Below are positions 1-9,489 of a stretch of 64,000 nucleotides of DNA, one piece after another. The translations under genes were made by a program, and so were the position numbers. The notes beneath the pieces were generated by a model that saw only the letters and a program-made list of their open reading frames with translations, had not been told where the DNA came from and did no database searches. Within the stretch, counting starts at the first letter, position 1, and the number at the start of each line of letters is the position of its first letter. This DNA is from Candidatus Bathyarchaeota archaeon (lineage in GTDB: Archaea; Thermoproteota; Bathyarchaeia; Bathyarchaeales; Bathycorpusculaceae), in NCBI GenBank assembly GCA_963715865.1, contig OY970280.1:64001-128000 (forward strand), given 5' to 3'.

Positions 1-724
1 AGATAACTCTGGCTTTTTTGCGAACAAAGAAAACAGACAGCAATACAATTGATGAATTGAAAATGTAAGGCAGAATTGAAACTAGCAGGCTCAATTTTAA
101 ATCCGAAATTATGGTAAATGAGGCTATAGTCATTCCAATGGCAAAGGAGCCTGAGTTGCCCACGAAAATTTTGCCTTTAAAATTGAAATAGGCCAAAATT
201 AGCCAGAACATTAAGGGTCCGAGCATTAGAATGTATGATGGTGATAGAGCCATTAATCCTATGATAACTATGGCTGGGCATATTGTTTCTAAACCGTTCA
301 ATCCGCCCAGTTGGTTTACAGTGTTTGTAACTATCATAACGATTAAGGGAATAATCACGTAGAAGTATATTGAACCGAACTGTATTGTGCCTACAAGCGG
401 TAGCGATATGGATGTTCTGGTTGATGGATTTGCAAGCGCGAAATATATGAGGGGTAATACGGCGATTAAGGGCATGAATGCTTTGTAGCGCCATTTTAGG
501 TCCATCCAGTCATCAAGTAAGCCCATAAAGCCGCCGAAAAGAATGCATGCGGCTAAGGTTAATGGTGCCGAAATAGGTGCTGATGCGTCTGCTGGATTTT
601 TTATGAATCCTGAGAAATAGAGAAGAAAAAGGTAAACAGTGGTGAATAGGACGTAAAGTACGCCTAAACCGTTGGAAATTAAAGGTTGGCCAACCTTATG
701 CTGATCTGGAACCTTTGGAAACAC
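1..724 (-). CDS. Polyprenyl-phosphate GlcNAc-1-phosphate transferase (MraY/DPAGT1/AglH family, GT4); 3' end runs off the window
   Basis: Not in ORF track. Manual translation from GTG at 724: MFPKVPDQHKVGQPLISNGLG...GLLDDWMDLKWRYK...NTVNQLGGLNGLE...FVGNSGSFAIG; open to position 1. Lies directly downstream of aglB. Confidence 0.85.
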   Translation of the reverse strand, partial: MFPKVPDQHKVGQPLISNGLGVLYVLFTTVYLFLLYFSGFIKNPADASAPISAPLTLAACILFGGFMGLLDDWMDLKWRYKAFMPLIAVLPLIYFALANPSTRTSISLPLVGTIQFGSIYFYVIIPLIVMIVTNTVNQLGGLNGLETICPAIVIIGLMALSPSYILMLGPLMFWLILAYFNFKGKIFVGNSGSFAIGMTIASFTIISDLKLSLLVSILPYIFNSSIVLLSVFFVRKKARVI

Positions 725-750
725 TCCGTCGCTTCCTTGCTTCTAATATT

Positions 751-3069
751 TTAGCCTGTGCCTGTTGTGCCTGTCGCTGCGTAGTATGCTGGCCAGTCGA
801 TTTGGTAGATAGCTACTATCGGTACTAGTCCGCCGTATTGGCCTGGTGATGTTTCTAAGCCGGCGAAGTAAGCTTCTTTAAAGTATGTTGGCGTTGTAGT
901 TGTTGCATCTGGCGAAATGCTGATTCCTGCCGCACTCAACGTGTTGCAATATTGTACTTCCGCATAGTTCATCAATTCGTATACAGTACAGTTCTCTCCT
1001 TGGTCGTTCCATTGCCACCGATTAGTTGTTGAACTAGTATTGCCAAATGTTGTTTCATTAGTCCATGCTGTTGCTGCATTCATGTAGCCTTCTTGTATTA
1101 GCCTATTCTTGGCTTCTCCTGAAATTCTTGCCATCCACACCCATTTTCCTTCGTCTCCATATCCGGCTGGATATGCAATGTATGATGAGCTGCCGCTGCT
1201 TGACTGGCCTATTTGGAGGACAGTGAAGACGAGGATGTAATTGACGCGTCCAGGATTATTATAGTCATTATAACTACCTAGCATTTGCATTGACTGGTTT
1301 TCGTTGCCCATGAATATTAAGCCTAGGTTTTCGATTTGTGTGCTATTTACTGTAGTGTTATCTGCAAAAGACGTTACGTTTCCAAGGTCAGCTAACCAGT
1401 TGCCGTAGTCCCACCAAGCAACTACCACATCTGTTGAGTGAGCGTTATTTTTTAGCCAACTTATCGCGTTAAGCCATGCGTCTACTGGTTGGGTGAGACT
1501 TGCACCGCCTAGTGGAAGGCTTGAATCGCTAATTGCTGTTGGTACGAAAGCTTGGTCGATGGCTCTTGGCATTCCGCCAGTTTGTGGTGAGAAGGCTAAG
1601 TTGGTTACCAGAATAATGAATATCAGGAAGACTGCGACACCGCTGTATTCCTTGCTTACGCGTGCTATTCTATGTTTTGTTTTTGCGATAACACGTGGAG
1701 ATTCCTGTAGCAAAGTGTAAAATGGTTTTATTAAGCTCAGAATACCAATTCCTGCTATGATGGCGAAGGCTGGAGCAAAAATGACTAGTAAGCGTATCAT
1801 TGAAGAGGCGAAATAAAGTGCTGTTACAGCGAAAAGCAACAGGAAAACGTTTCTGTTTGTAGGATTCCTTAATGTAAAGTATAAGCCGACAAGGAAGAAC
1901 AATATACCTATACCTAGTTCAATGTATATGTTTCCCCAAGCTGAAATTCTCTGTTCCGCAACTGAATCAATAAGAGGCGAAGTAGCTCGGATGAAGGGGT
2001 CTAAAACTGTATCGAATTTTCCAGCAACGCCACCAAGAAATCCAGTTAGCCAAAGTCCACTAAAACCGCCAACAATTACAACTAGTGACGAAATGGCTAT
2101 TAGAACCTTGGTTCTCATGGATATGTTATTCCGTAAAATTTCTGCAACTATAAGTACAATGAATACTCCAGCGACCGGAACTACTGCACCGTCAAATACA
2201 TAGTGAAGTCCAATATATGGAACCTTTGTTGCAATAGCTAATCCTAGACCAAAAGTTATGCTGTAACTAACCAAAAGCCGTTGATTATACCTTTTCAATA
2301 GAACCATTACAAAAGCAAATAGCGCGGCCAAGTCAAGCATGTAGTATGATGTACCCCAGCCTGCTATGAAATATGCTATAGCAGCGCCAGCGCCTAAGGA
2401 GTAAAATATGGATGAACGTAAAGACCTATTATTGTCAATCGACCTTAGAAACAGGAACATGAACAAAATAAGTCCAAGTACACCTGGGACTTCTGTGTCG
2501 AAGAATCCAAGAGAGCTTCTTTGTAGGAATGATGGTGCTAACGCCAAGAATAGCGCGGCGAATAAGCCTACTGCTTTTCCACCATAATCTTTGCCTACTA
2601 AGTATAATATTAGACAATCAATTACGCCTATGATGGCAGGTAGTATTGCGCAAAATGTCATTAAATCAATATTTGCGCCAAATACTTGGGTAATATCATA
2701 GAGTACTGCTGCTGTCATAGGTAGTGATGGCAAAGCATTAGTCATGTCAAGCCCAAAAGGATACCACTTTTGCATGTTAACCCAACCTGTCGGCCAATAA
2801 GGTGAAAGCAGACCGTTATTTACCATATGCTGGGTTATGCTGAATTGGTAGTAGGGGTCAAACTCGTTAAGAAACGATGTTCCTCCGGAAAGATTTTCCC
2901 AGCGTAGCGGTAAAATGCGGATGGTAAAGGCAACAAAGAGTATTAGAGCTAACGCGGAGTATGCTATTATTGAGCCGTGGCTTACTTGGATGCGTAATCT
3001 ACTGAAAGGTGCCAGGCGGTTACTGAGTCGTTCCTTAATTCCTTCCCCCACTTTAAGCCATCTCTTCAC
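751..3069 (-). CDS. aglB: Oligosaccharyltransferase AglB/STT3
   Basis: EFDPYY motif, many TM helices, WWDYG motif followed by DNTT...I. Confidence 0.95.
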   Translation of the reverse strand: MKRWLKVGEGIKERLSNRLAPFSRLRIQVSHGSIIAYSALALILFVAFTIRILPLRWENLSGGTSFLNEFDPYYQFSITQHMVNNGLLSPYWPTGWVNMQKWYPFGLDMTNALPSLPMTAAVLYDITQVFGANIDLMTFCAILPAIIGVIDCLILYLVGKDYGGKAVGLFAALFLALAPSFLQRSSLGFFDTEVPGVLGLILFMFLFLRSIDNNRSLRSSIFYSLGAGAAIAYFIAGWGTSYYMLDLAALFAFVMVLLKRYNQRLLVSYSITFGLGLAIATKVPYIGLHYVFDGAVVPVAGVFIVLIVAEILRNNISMRTKVLIAISSLVVIVGGFSGLWLTGFLGGVAGKFDTVLDPFIRATSPLIDSVAEQRISAWGNIYIELGIGILFFLVGLYFTLRNPTNRNVFLLLFAVTALYFASSMIRLLVIFAPAFAIIAGIGILSLIKPFYTLLQESPRVIAKTKHRIARVSKEYSGVAVFLIFIILVTNLAFSPQTGGMPRAIDQAFVPTAISDSSLPLGGASLTQPVDAWLNAISWLKNNAHSTDVVVAWWDYGNWLADLGNVTSFADNTTVNSTQIENLGLIFMGNENQSMQMLGSYNDYNNPGRVNYILVFTVLQIGQSSSGSSSYIAYPAGYGDEGKWVWMARISGEAKNRLIQEGYMNAATAWTNETTFGNTSSTTNRWQWNDQGENCTVYELMNYAEVQYCNTLSAAGISISPDATTTTPTYFKEAYFAGLETSPGQYGGLVPIVAIYQIDWPAYYAATGTTGTG

Positions 3070-3449
3070 ACATTAATTGCGAGTGTAATTATTTTTCTTG
3101 TTAATCTTAATTTATACACAATGGACATTTATTTATGGCTTTCCAAAATGAATCAAAATGGCCTTGGGGGTTTAAGGTAGTCTATTATGTGCACCACAAT
3201 CTAAGGACTAAACTTTAGAGCCCTTTTTAACCAGAAACTCTCTCAATTCCGCTAAAACAGACATAAAACAGTTTCAGAAATCCTGAAGGGCAAACTAACT
3301 TTAAACAAAGTTCTTTTTTCTATGAATCCTGTTTTGGACAGGCGTTGCATGGCTTCGGGTTAGGTACTTACCATTCCGGTTTTGACGGTTTTTCCCCGAT
3401 AAGTCTCTTCTGATAGGTAAATCAAAGCTTTTGTGGGTGTACCCAACTT

Positions 3450-3620
3450 TCAACGCTTACTCATGGGTTTAACTTCAACATCTATGGGTAACAATGAAAG
3501 TTTTCTATTGCATTTTGGGCATTTTCCACCATTTTGCGAAATAATTTCATCTGGTGGTCTAAGCTCAATGCCTTCATATAAAATATGATTGCATCCATGG
3601 CAAATAACACGTTGTGGCAT
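3450..3620 (-). CDS. 56-aa zinc-ribbon protein
   Basis: Not in ORF track. MPQRVICHGCNHILYEGIELRPPDEIISQNGGKCPKCNRKLSLLPIDVEVKPMSKR; two CxxC knuckles. Confidence 0.75.
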   Translation of the reverse strand: MPQRVICHGCNHILYEGIELRPPDEIISQNGGKCPKCNRKLSLLPIDVEVKPMSKR

Positions 3621-3768
3621 CCCAAATCCCCCGATAATAACATCCTATGGCATATTTATTGGTTGCTTAAAAGATTAACCTGCAACTGAAACAAGGTTTG
3701 GCGAGTTACTGTAAAGCTTATTTTAAGAGAAAGATTATTTGGAATGTTTAAGCGTGGTTTAACAGCGT

Positions 3769-5844
3769 TTGGGAAAATACACGTTAATTATCACTGAAAA
3801 ACCTGATGCCGCAAACAGAATAGCGATGGCTTTGGACGTTGATGGAAAAGCCAAAAAAATAGTTGATAGCGGCGTTACATTTTATCAAGCATACAGGAAC
3901 GGCGACATGGTTGTTGTTCCAGCTCTTGGGCATTTATACACGGTTGCAAGCAAGGAAAGAACTAAACGAGATTATCCAGTTTTTGATTATCAATGGGTTC
4001 CAAGATACCTAGCCGAACGAGGGGCATCAAAGATCCGTATTTGGCTGAAAGTAATTGCGAAACTAGCAGAAAACGCTGAAGAGTTCGTGGATGCCTGCGA
4101 CTTCGACATTGAAGGCAGCATCATAGGCTACTGTATACTCAAGTATGCTTGCGGCAGCAAAGAAGAAACTGCCAAACGCATGAAATATTCCACACTCACA
4201 AAAGAAGAACTGCAAGAATCCTACGCTCACCTATTGCCACATTTGGATTTTGCTCTCGTTGAAGCTGGATTGACAAGGCATGAAGTAGATTGGCTATACG
4301 GCATAAACCTGTCTAGAGCCTTAACAGTGGCTGCGAAAAACAGCAGCGGACAATACGCTACACTCAGCACTGGCAGAGTGCAAGGACCAACCCTCAAATT
4401 TCTGGAAGACCGAGAAAAAACCATAAAGTGCTTCGTGCCCACTCCCTATTGGAGCATAACCGCTAAAATAAACATAAACGGCACAGCTTACCAAGCTGAT
4501 TATGAAAAAATCCTCGAAAGCAAGCAAGAAGCAACGATAGTAGTTGATGCTTGCAAAACTAAGGAAGGCCAAATAGAAACAATAGCGGTAAAAGAGTTTG
4601 AGCAGAACCCACCGTTACCCTTCGACTTGGGCTCTTTGCAAAGTGAAGCTTACAGAATTTTCCGGTACACGCCGATGCGTACTTCAAACATCGCTCAGCA
4701 CCTGTACTTAGATGCATTAATCTCTTATCCACGGACAAGCAGCCAAAAGCTTCCGCCAGCAATCGGCTACGAAACCATATTGAGAAAACTGGGTAAAGTG
4801 CCTGCTTACGCGAAACAGGTAGCTGAATTACTCTCAAAACCAGCATTGAAGCCAAATGAAGGAGAAAAAGCTGACTCAGCGCATCCAGCCATTTACCCGA
4901 CTGGAAACCTGCCTGAAAAACCCCTTGGCACTGCTGAAAGAAATATTTTTGATCTTATCGTCTGCAGGTTCATGGCTGTTTTCGGTGAGCCCGCAGTTCG
5001 TCAAAGCGTGAAAGTAACATTAGGCATTAATGGAAACCATTTTCAACTAAACGGAATACGAACGTTAAGTGAAGGTTGGCTTCGATTTTACGAACCGTAC
5101 GTCCAGCTGAAAGATGTAACTTTGCCACCCTTAACTGAAGGTCAAAAAATTGCTGTTAAAGGAGTAGTTCTGAAGGACAATTTCACTAAACCGCCAGCGA
5201 GGTATAACCCTCGCAGTTTACTTTTGAAAATGGAAAAAGAGGAAATAGGAACCAAAGCGACAAGAGCAGCAATCATACAAACATTGTACGACCGCAAATA
5301 CCTCCACGGGACCGATAGTCTTGTCGTTTCTGACCTTGGCTTTGAAGTCATCGAAATCCTATCAAAGTATTGTCCAACCGTTGTCTCCCCTGAACTAACA
5401 AGAAATCTTGAAGAGAAAATGAATGAAATCCAGCAAGGGAAAGAAACAAAAGAAGTTGTCCTGCAAAATGCCATTGAAATCCTAAAGCCAGTCATATTAG
5501 AGCTTAAAGAAAATGAATCAGTTATAGGTAAACAATTAAATCAAGCATTAAAAAAAGCTCGGCTGGAAGAAAGAATAGTTGGTGCATGCCCAAAATGTGC
5601 TGATGGAAAACTAGTGATTTTACACTCGAAAAAAACAGGTAAACGCTTTGTTGGCTGCACAAACTATTTTGAAGGCAAATGTAACGCAGCCTTTCCACTG
5701 CCGCAAAGTGGCTCGGTGAAACCTTTAGGCAGCGTTTGCAAAAGCTGTGGCTGGCCCACATTACGGGTATGGATGAAAGGAAAGAGGCCTTGGAAATTAT
5801 GCCTAAATCCTAATTGCCCGTCGAAAGGAGCGAGCAACCAGTGA
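3769..5844 (+). CDS. topA: DNA topoisomerase I (type IA)
   Basis: TOPRIM (ITEKP, DFDIEG), STGRVQGPTL, catalytic ISYPRT, C-terminal C4 zinc ribbons. Confidence 0.95.
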   Translation: MGKYTLIITEKPDAANRIAMALDVDGKAKKIVDSGVTFYQAYRNGDMVVVPALGHLYTVASKERTKRDYPVFDYQWVPRYLAERGASKIRIWLKVIAKLAENAEEFVDACDFDIEGSIIGYCILKYACGSKEETAKRMKYSTLTKEELQESYAHLLPHLDFALVEAGLTRHEVDWLYGINLSRALTVAAKNSSGQYATLSTGRVQGPTLKFLEDREKTIKCFVPTPYWSITAKININGTAYQADYEKILESKQEATIVVDACKTKEGQIETIAVKEFEQNPPLPFDLGSLQSEAYRIFRYTPMRTSNIAQHLYLDALISYPRTSSQKLPPAIGYETILRKLGKVPAYAKQVAELLSKPALKPNEGEKADSAHPAIYPTGNLPEKPLGTAERNIFDLIVCRFMAVFGEPAVRQSVKVTLGINGNHFQLNGIRTLSEGWLRFYEPYVQLKDVTLPPLTEGQKIAVKGVVLKDNFTKPPARYNPRSLLLKMEKEEIGTKATRAAIIQTLYDRKYLHGTDSLVVSDLGFEVIEILSKYCPTVVSPELTRNLEEKMNEIQQGKETKEVVLQNAIEILKPVILELKENESVIGKQLNQALKKARLEERIVGACPKCADGKLVILHSKKTGKRFVGCTNYFEGKCNAAFPLPQSGSVKPLGSVCKSCGWPTLRVWMKGKRPWKLCLNPNCPSKGASNQ

Positions 5845-6065
5845 AATGCAAAATATGCAGTAAAGATGCCCAAGAAAACGGTTTTTGTATGCTGCATTTA
5901 AAAGCTTACCAAAATATTATCGATAAATTTGATGTATGGAAGAAAGCATCAGATACTCTTTGGATGGAATATTTAGTTGAGATTCAGAAAAATTCATTAA
6001 CTGGAGAATGGGCTAAAGAAGTAGCAAAGTACCTAATCAAGGAAGAGAACGGAAATGTCAAGTAA
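5841..6065 (+). CDS. Small hypothetical protein with CxxC...CxxH motif
   Basis: GTG at 5841 overlaps topA stop (GTGA); VKCKICSKDAQENGFCMLH. Confidence 0.65.
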   Translation: MKCKICSKDAQENGFCMLHLKAYQNIIDKFDVWKKASDTLWMEYLVEIQKNSLTGEWAKEVAKYLIKEENGNVK

Positions 6066-6477
6066 AATAAAGAAAAGTTCTTCATCTGTGTCCTTTTCGC
6101 TTAGTCGATGGTTCCGCAAAATCTCAACAGCCGCGCCTTCAACACTTATAATTACAGTGGTGGGAATTTCGTATGCTTTGTTTATTTTCGGCGGTGGCTT
6201 GTTTACTCTGATTAGTCATCCTCTCCCTTCAGCTTACTATAATGGAAAATTCTATTTCCTCTACCCAAGTCTCAGTTCACAATTCATATCAGACACTGTG
6301 GTTTCGATGATACTGTATGCTCTTGGCTTTATCGGTCTGTTTATTATTTATCAAAGTACAAAGAGCGCTTACAAGCCAAGGCAAGCTTACATGATGCTAG
6401 TCATAGGCGTAACATTTTTGCTTCTAGCATACATATTCTTGGAAGGTGCGATTTCTTTCAAAGCATCTGGAGGTTAA
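6055..6477 (+). CDS. Three-TM membrane protein resembling OSTC/DC2 (OST3/OST6 C-terminal region)
   Basis: SY..IFGGGLF.LI.HP...F..LSSQF..D.VV...L..LG..GL pattern parallels eukaryotic DC2 (SYF..TGG.IY..I.EP...GQY..EG); aligned by eye only. Confidence 0.6.
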   Translation: MSSKIKKSSSSVSFSLSRWFRKISTAAPSTLIITVVGISYALFIFGGGLFTLISHPLPSAYYNGKFYFLYPSLSSQFISDTVVSMILYALGFIGLFIIYQSTKSAYKPRQAYMMLVIGVTFLLLAYIFLEGAISFKASGG

Positions 6478-6482
6478 CCCTT

Positions 6483-7001
6483 TCACCAAGGGTTACTTTT
6501 TAACTTCATTTTATAAGCCAAGAAATTTGTGAATAAGTGGATAGGCGGAGTGATCAGTAAAACTGTAACTGCCAATTCCCATCTTATCATGACTAAAGGA
6601 ATCGAAAACACGACTGCGCCAACGACAAAGTCAACTTGATCAACTATGGGAAGAAAACCACCAGGGGCAATCCCTAATCTTCTCTTGAAAAAAGCACCTG
6701 CCAAATCGCCCAAAAGGGCACCCAACGGAATAAGCAGACTAAACAATACTGGGTAACTTTGAAAACCAAAAACCAAGCCTTCAACTAACCCCACACCGAT
6801 ACCAACACCCCAACCGAAGAAGAAGCCCCTGAAAGTTTTGTTATTTCCAAAAATTCGTTTTCCGTCGTAAAAGTTCTTTCCGAAATCCATCCGCGTTCCT
6901 CCTCCAGCAAGCACTGGCGTGGCGTTAGCGCAGTAAGCTGGGAAAATAAATTTCACGGCTTCTATGATTAACAGTGTTATTTCCATGTGGCCAACCATCA
7001 T
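6483..7001 (-). CDS. carS: CDP-archaeol synthase
   Basis: PAYCANATPV, DG.RIFG.NKT.RGF, GDL.G.F.KRRLG, DQ.DF motifs. Confidence 0.9.
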   Translation of the reverse strand: MMVGHMEITLLIIEAVKFIFPAYCANATPVLAGGGTRMDFGKNFYDGKRIFGNNKTFRGFFFGWGVGIGVGLVEGLVFGFQSYPVLFSLLIPLGALLGDLAGAFFKRRLGIAPGGFLPIVDQVDFVVGAVVFSIPLVMIRWELAVTVLLITPPIHLFTNFLAYKMKLKSNPW

Positions 7002-7697
7002 TCGTGGAATTTAGCATCTCTTATTCCGGTTTCACCTATTTGTACATAACAGGTAACTTCTTGCTTGTTTTCCCGTGTTTTTTCAAGAACCGCCTTGATT
7101 GTTTGAGGATAATCGGTAGGTTTCACAGCGATTATTGTGTCAGCCCAGAATTTTAAAACTCTGGTTGCGACGGGCGCAACACTAACATTCAGCTCATCGA
7201 AAACGCTTCGCACTTGGCTTGTTATTATAACGGGGATTTTTCGGATTTTTGCTGTTTGCGCTAAAATAGCTAATTGCCTGTTTAACTCGCGGTTTACGCC
7301 GAAGGCTTTTCCAGACAAATCAGCAACTTTTGCGCCATACAAAGACGTGAAGGTGTCAATTATTATTAAGCCAAAATTTTTTGTGGTGTAATCTTGAATG
7401 CGTTCTATAACTGCCGTTTGCTCCCTGAAATCCTTCGGTTTAATTAAAATGATGCGCTCGGCAACTTCGTCGAATCTGTCTGCTGAAACTTGAGAGAGTC
7501 TTTTAGCGGAAAAAGTGTTGTCGCAGTCAACAAAGAGAGTCTTGTAATTTTGCAACGCGCAACTGACGGCGCATTGTATTGCAAGCGTTGTTTTTCCAGT
7601 TTCGGGTTCACCATAAATTAAGGTAACGCTTTCGGGTGAGATGCCTCCGCCAATGTTGATGTCGATGCATCTGCAGCCTGTGTTCGATTTTAATCAT
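6998..7697 (-). CDS. radB: DNA repair protein RadB, apparently frameshifted near the 5' end
   Basis: Frame of ORF 6998..7555 extends upstream through TGC..ID..IGGGI and Walker A GEPETGKT. The only nearby ATG (7697) is one base out of frame. Confidence 0.8.
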
Positions 7698-7775
7698 GTT
7701 TTTGCACGTCAAGGATTATAAACTTGAAACTAGTATTGTGTTTTGCACTTAAACGTATACTATTAAGGTCGCTTT

Positions 7776-8432
7776 ATGAAAGAAAAAGTTGCGGTGGCAA
7801 CAGTCGAAGGAAAGGCCTACTTTCTAATTGTTAACGAGTTAAGAGAACAAAATATCTCCTTCATAAGTTTGGTTCCAGGTGAGCCAGTGCCTGCCGAGGT
7901 GAAAGTGGTTATGACAACTGAGAAGGAAAAGCAGTTAGTAAAGCATGAAAAAATACTAATCTTCAACAATGAAGGTGAGTTGGATAATTTAGTTAACGAA
8001 GTAAAGAGAATACTTCAAGGGAAAGAAGCCTACGAAAAAATAGTAATCGGCATTGACCCAGGTGAGGCAATTGGGCTGGCAGTAATTGCCGATGGAAAAG
8101 TTATTGAGGAAGGTAACTGCTTTAGCACACAAGAGGTAATTAACAGCATAATTAAGACAATAAGAAACGTTAATTTTTCATTAACTAGCGTTTCTGTTAA
8201 AATTGGGAATGGCGTTCCAGTCTACAAGGAATTACTCGAAGCCTTAGATGATGCTTTACCGCCTCAAGTAGCGCTTGAAGTGGTGGGCGAGGCAGGAACC
8301 AACAGACCCTTAAAAGAGAACAAGCGCAGCCGAGGAATCAGACATATTTCTTCAGCCATACAAATAGCTGGAAGAACAGGCTATATTATTCAAAGGAGGA
8401 AGGCAATTGCAACAAACAGTCGAATCCAATAG
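7776..8432 (+). CDS. Hypothetical protein with RNase H-fold-like (YqgF/RuvC-like) domain
   Basis: IVIGIDPGEAIGLAV first-strand motif, later VKIGNG, E..T and H..SA..IA. Confidence 0.55.
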   Translation: MKEKVAVATVEGKAYFLIVNELREQNISFISLVPGEPVPAEVKVVMTTEKEKQLVKHEKILIFNNEGELDNLVNEVKRILQGKEAYEKIVIGIDPGEAIGLAVIADGKVIEEGNCFSTQEVINSIIKTIRNVNFSLTSVSVKIGNGVPVYKELLEALDDALPPQVALEVVGEAGTNRPLKENKRSRGIRHISSAIQIAGRTGYIIQRRKAIATNSRIQ

Positions 8433-9489
8433 AACACTGTTAGTGGATGGTCCAGCATCTGTACAGGTTGTTTCTGGCAAGGCTGAAGTATTCGGTTACC
8501 AAGTAAAACAAACCGCAAGAATTTTAGTTCGTGAAGGCAAGCGACTGCCATTCTTTGTCCTTGAAAAAGCAGTTTTTGACGTTTCGTTAGGAGCGAACGC
8601 AAGCATTGAAGAAGTTGCTGGCAGCACAATTCCAGAGTCATGGAATAAACCTCTTGAAGCGGTTTTGAGCGTGCAGAAGAAGCCGGTGATTGTTTTGCTT
8701 TTGGGGAAAATTGATTCTGGAAAAAGCAGTTTCTGCACTTACTTAGTAAACAAGTTAGTTAACGAAAAATGTAGAGTAGCTGTTTTAGATGGCGATTTAG
8801 GTCAATCAGATATCGGTCCCTCAGGCACGGTGGGTTACGCCTTAGCTTCCAAGCCGGTGAGGGAATTGTATGATTTAAAATTGGAGAACGCTTTTTTTGT
8901 GGGTGTTACCTCGCCGATACTAGCAATAGCTAAAACAATTGAAGGCTTAGCTGCTATGAAGGCTGAGATTTTGGAGAGACCGGTCGATTTTGTGGTGGTT
9001 AATACTGATGGTTGGGTTACAGACGATGTTGCTGTAAGATATAAAACGCAATTAATCAAAGAGCTTAACCCTGACGTTACAGTTGGCGTTCAAGTAGAGG
9101 ATGAACTTGCGCCTCTGATTGCTAACCTAGAAAAAACCCCTATAATTGTAGTAGAACCCTCTGCTTCTCTTAAGCAGCGGAGCGCAGAAAAACGCAAAAG
9201 CCTGCGAGAAATGAGTTACGCAAGGTATTTGAAAGATGCAAAGTTGCAATGTTATCCCATTAGCCAATTGGTAATTGAAGAAAAATCGGCTCTACCGAAA
9301 AATGAAGATGCAGAAAAAGGATTACTTGTCGGGTTATATCGGAGCAAATTTTTAGGAATCGGTGTCTTGCGTGAAATTAATCAGGTAAGAAAAGCGTTAA
9401 AAGTTCAAACTGCAATTTCTGCTAAGCCGTCAAGGATTGTTATAGGAAGAGTTTTGTTAGATGATAAGCTTCGAGAAATTCAGGATTGA
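8407..9489 (+). CDS. Polynucleotide 5'-hydroxyl kinase (Clp1/Grc3 family)
   Basis: Walker A GKIDSGKS, DGDLGQSDIGP, NTDGW motifs. Confidence 0.9.
   Translation: MQQTVESNRTLLVDGPASVQVVSGKAEVFGYQVKQTARILVREGKRLPFFVLEKAVFDVSLGANASIEEVAGSTIPESWNKPLEAVLSVQKKPVIVLLLGKIDSGKSSFCTYLVNKLVNEKCRVAVLDGDLGQSDIGPSGTVGYALASKPVRELYDLKLENAFFVGVTSPILAIAKTIEGLAAMKAEILERPVDFVVVNTDGWVTDDVAVRYKTQLIKELNPDVTVGVQVEDELAPLIANLEKTPIIVVEPSASLKQRSAEKRKSLREMSYARYLKDAKLQCYPISQLVIEEKSALPKNEDAEKGLLVGLYRSKFLGIGVLREINQVRKALKVQTAISAKPSRIVIGRVLLDDKLREIQD

Noticed and set aside
177-494. 105-aa minus-strand ORF in the track
   Set aside because: Alternative frame inside the AglH-like gene, which has recognisable motifs.
3121-3449. 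ncRNA (SRP or RNase P) or small ORFs in the aglB upstream gap
   Set aside because: No conserved SRP or RNase P motifs seen; short ORFs lack SD sequences or recognisable motifs.
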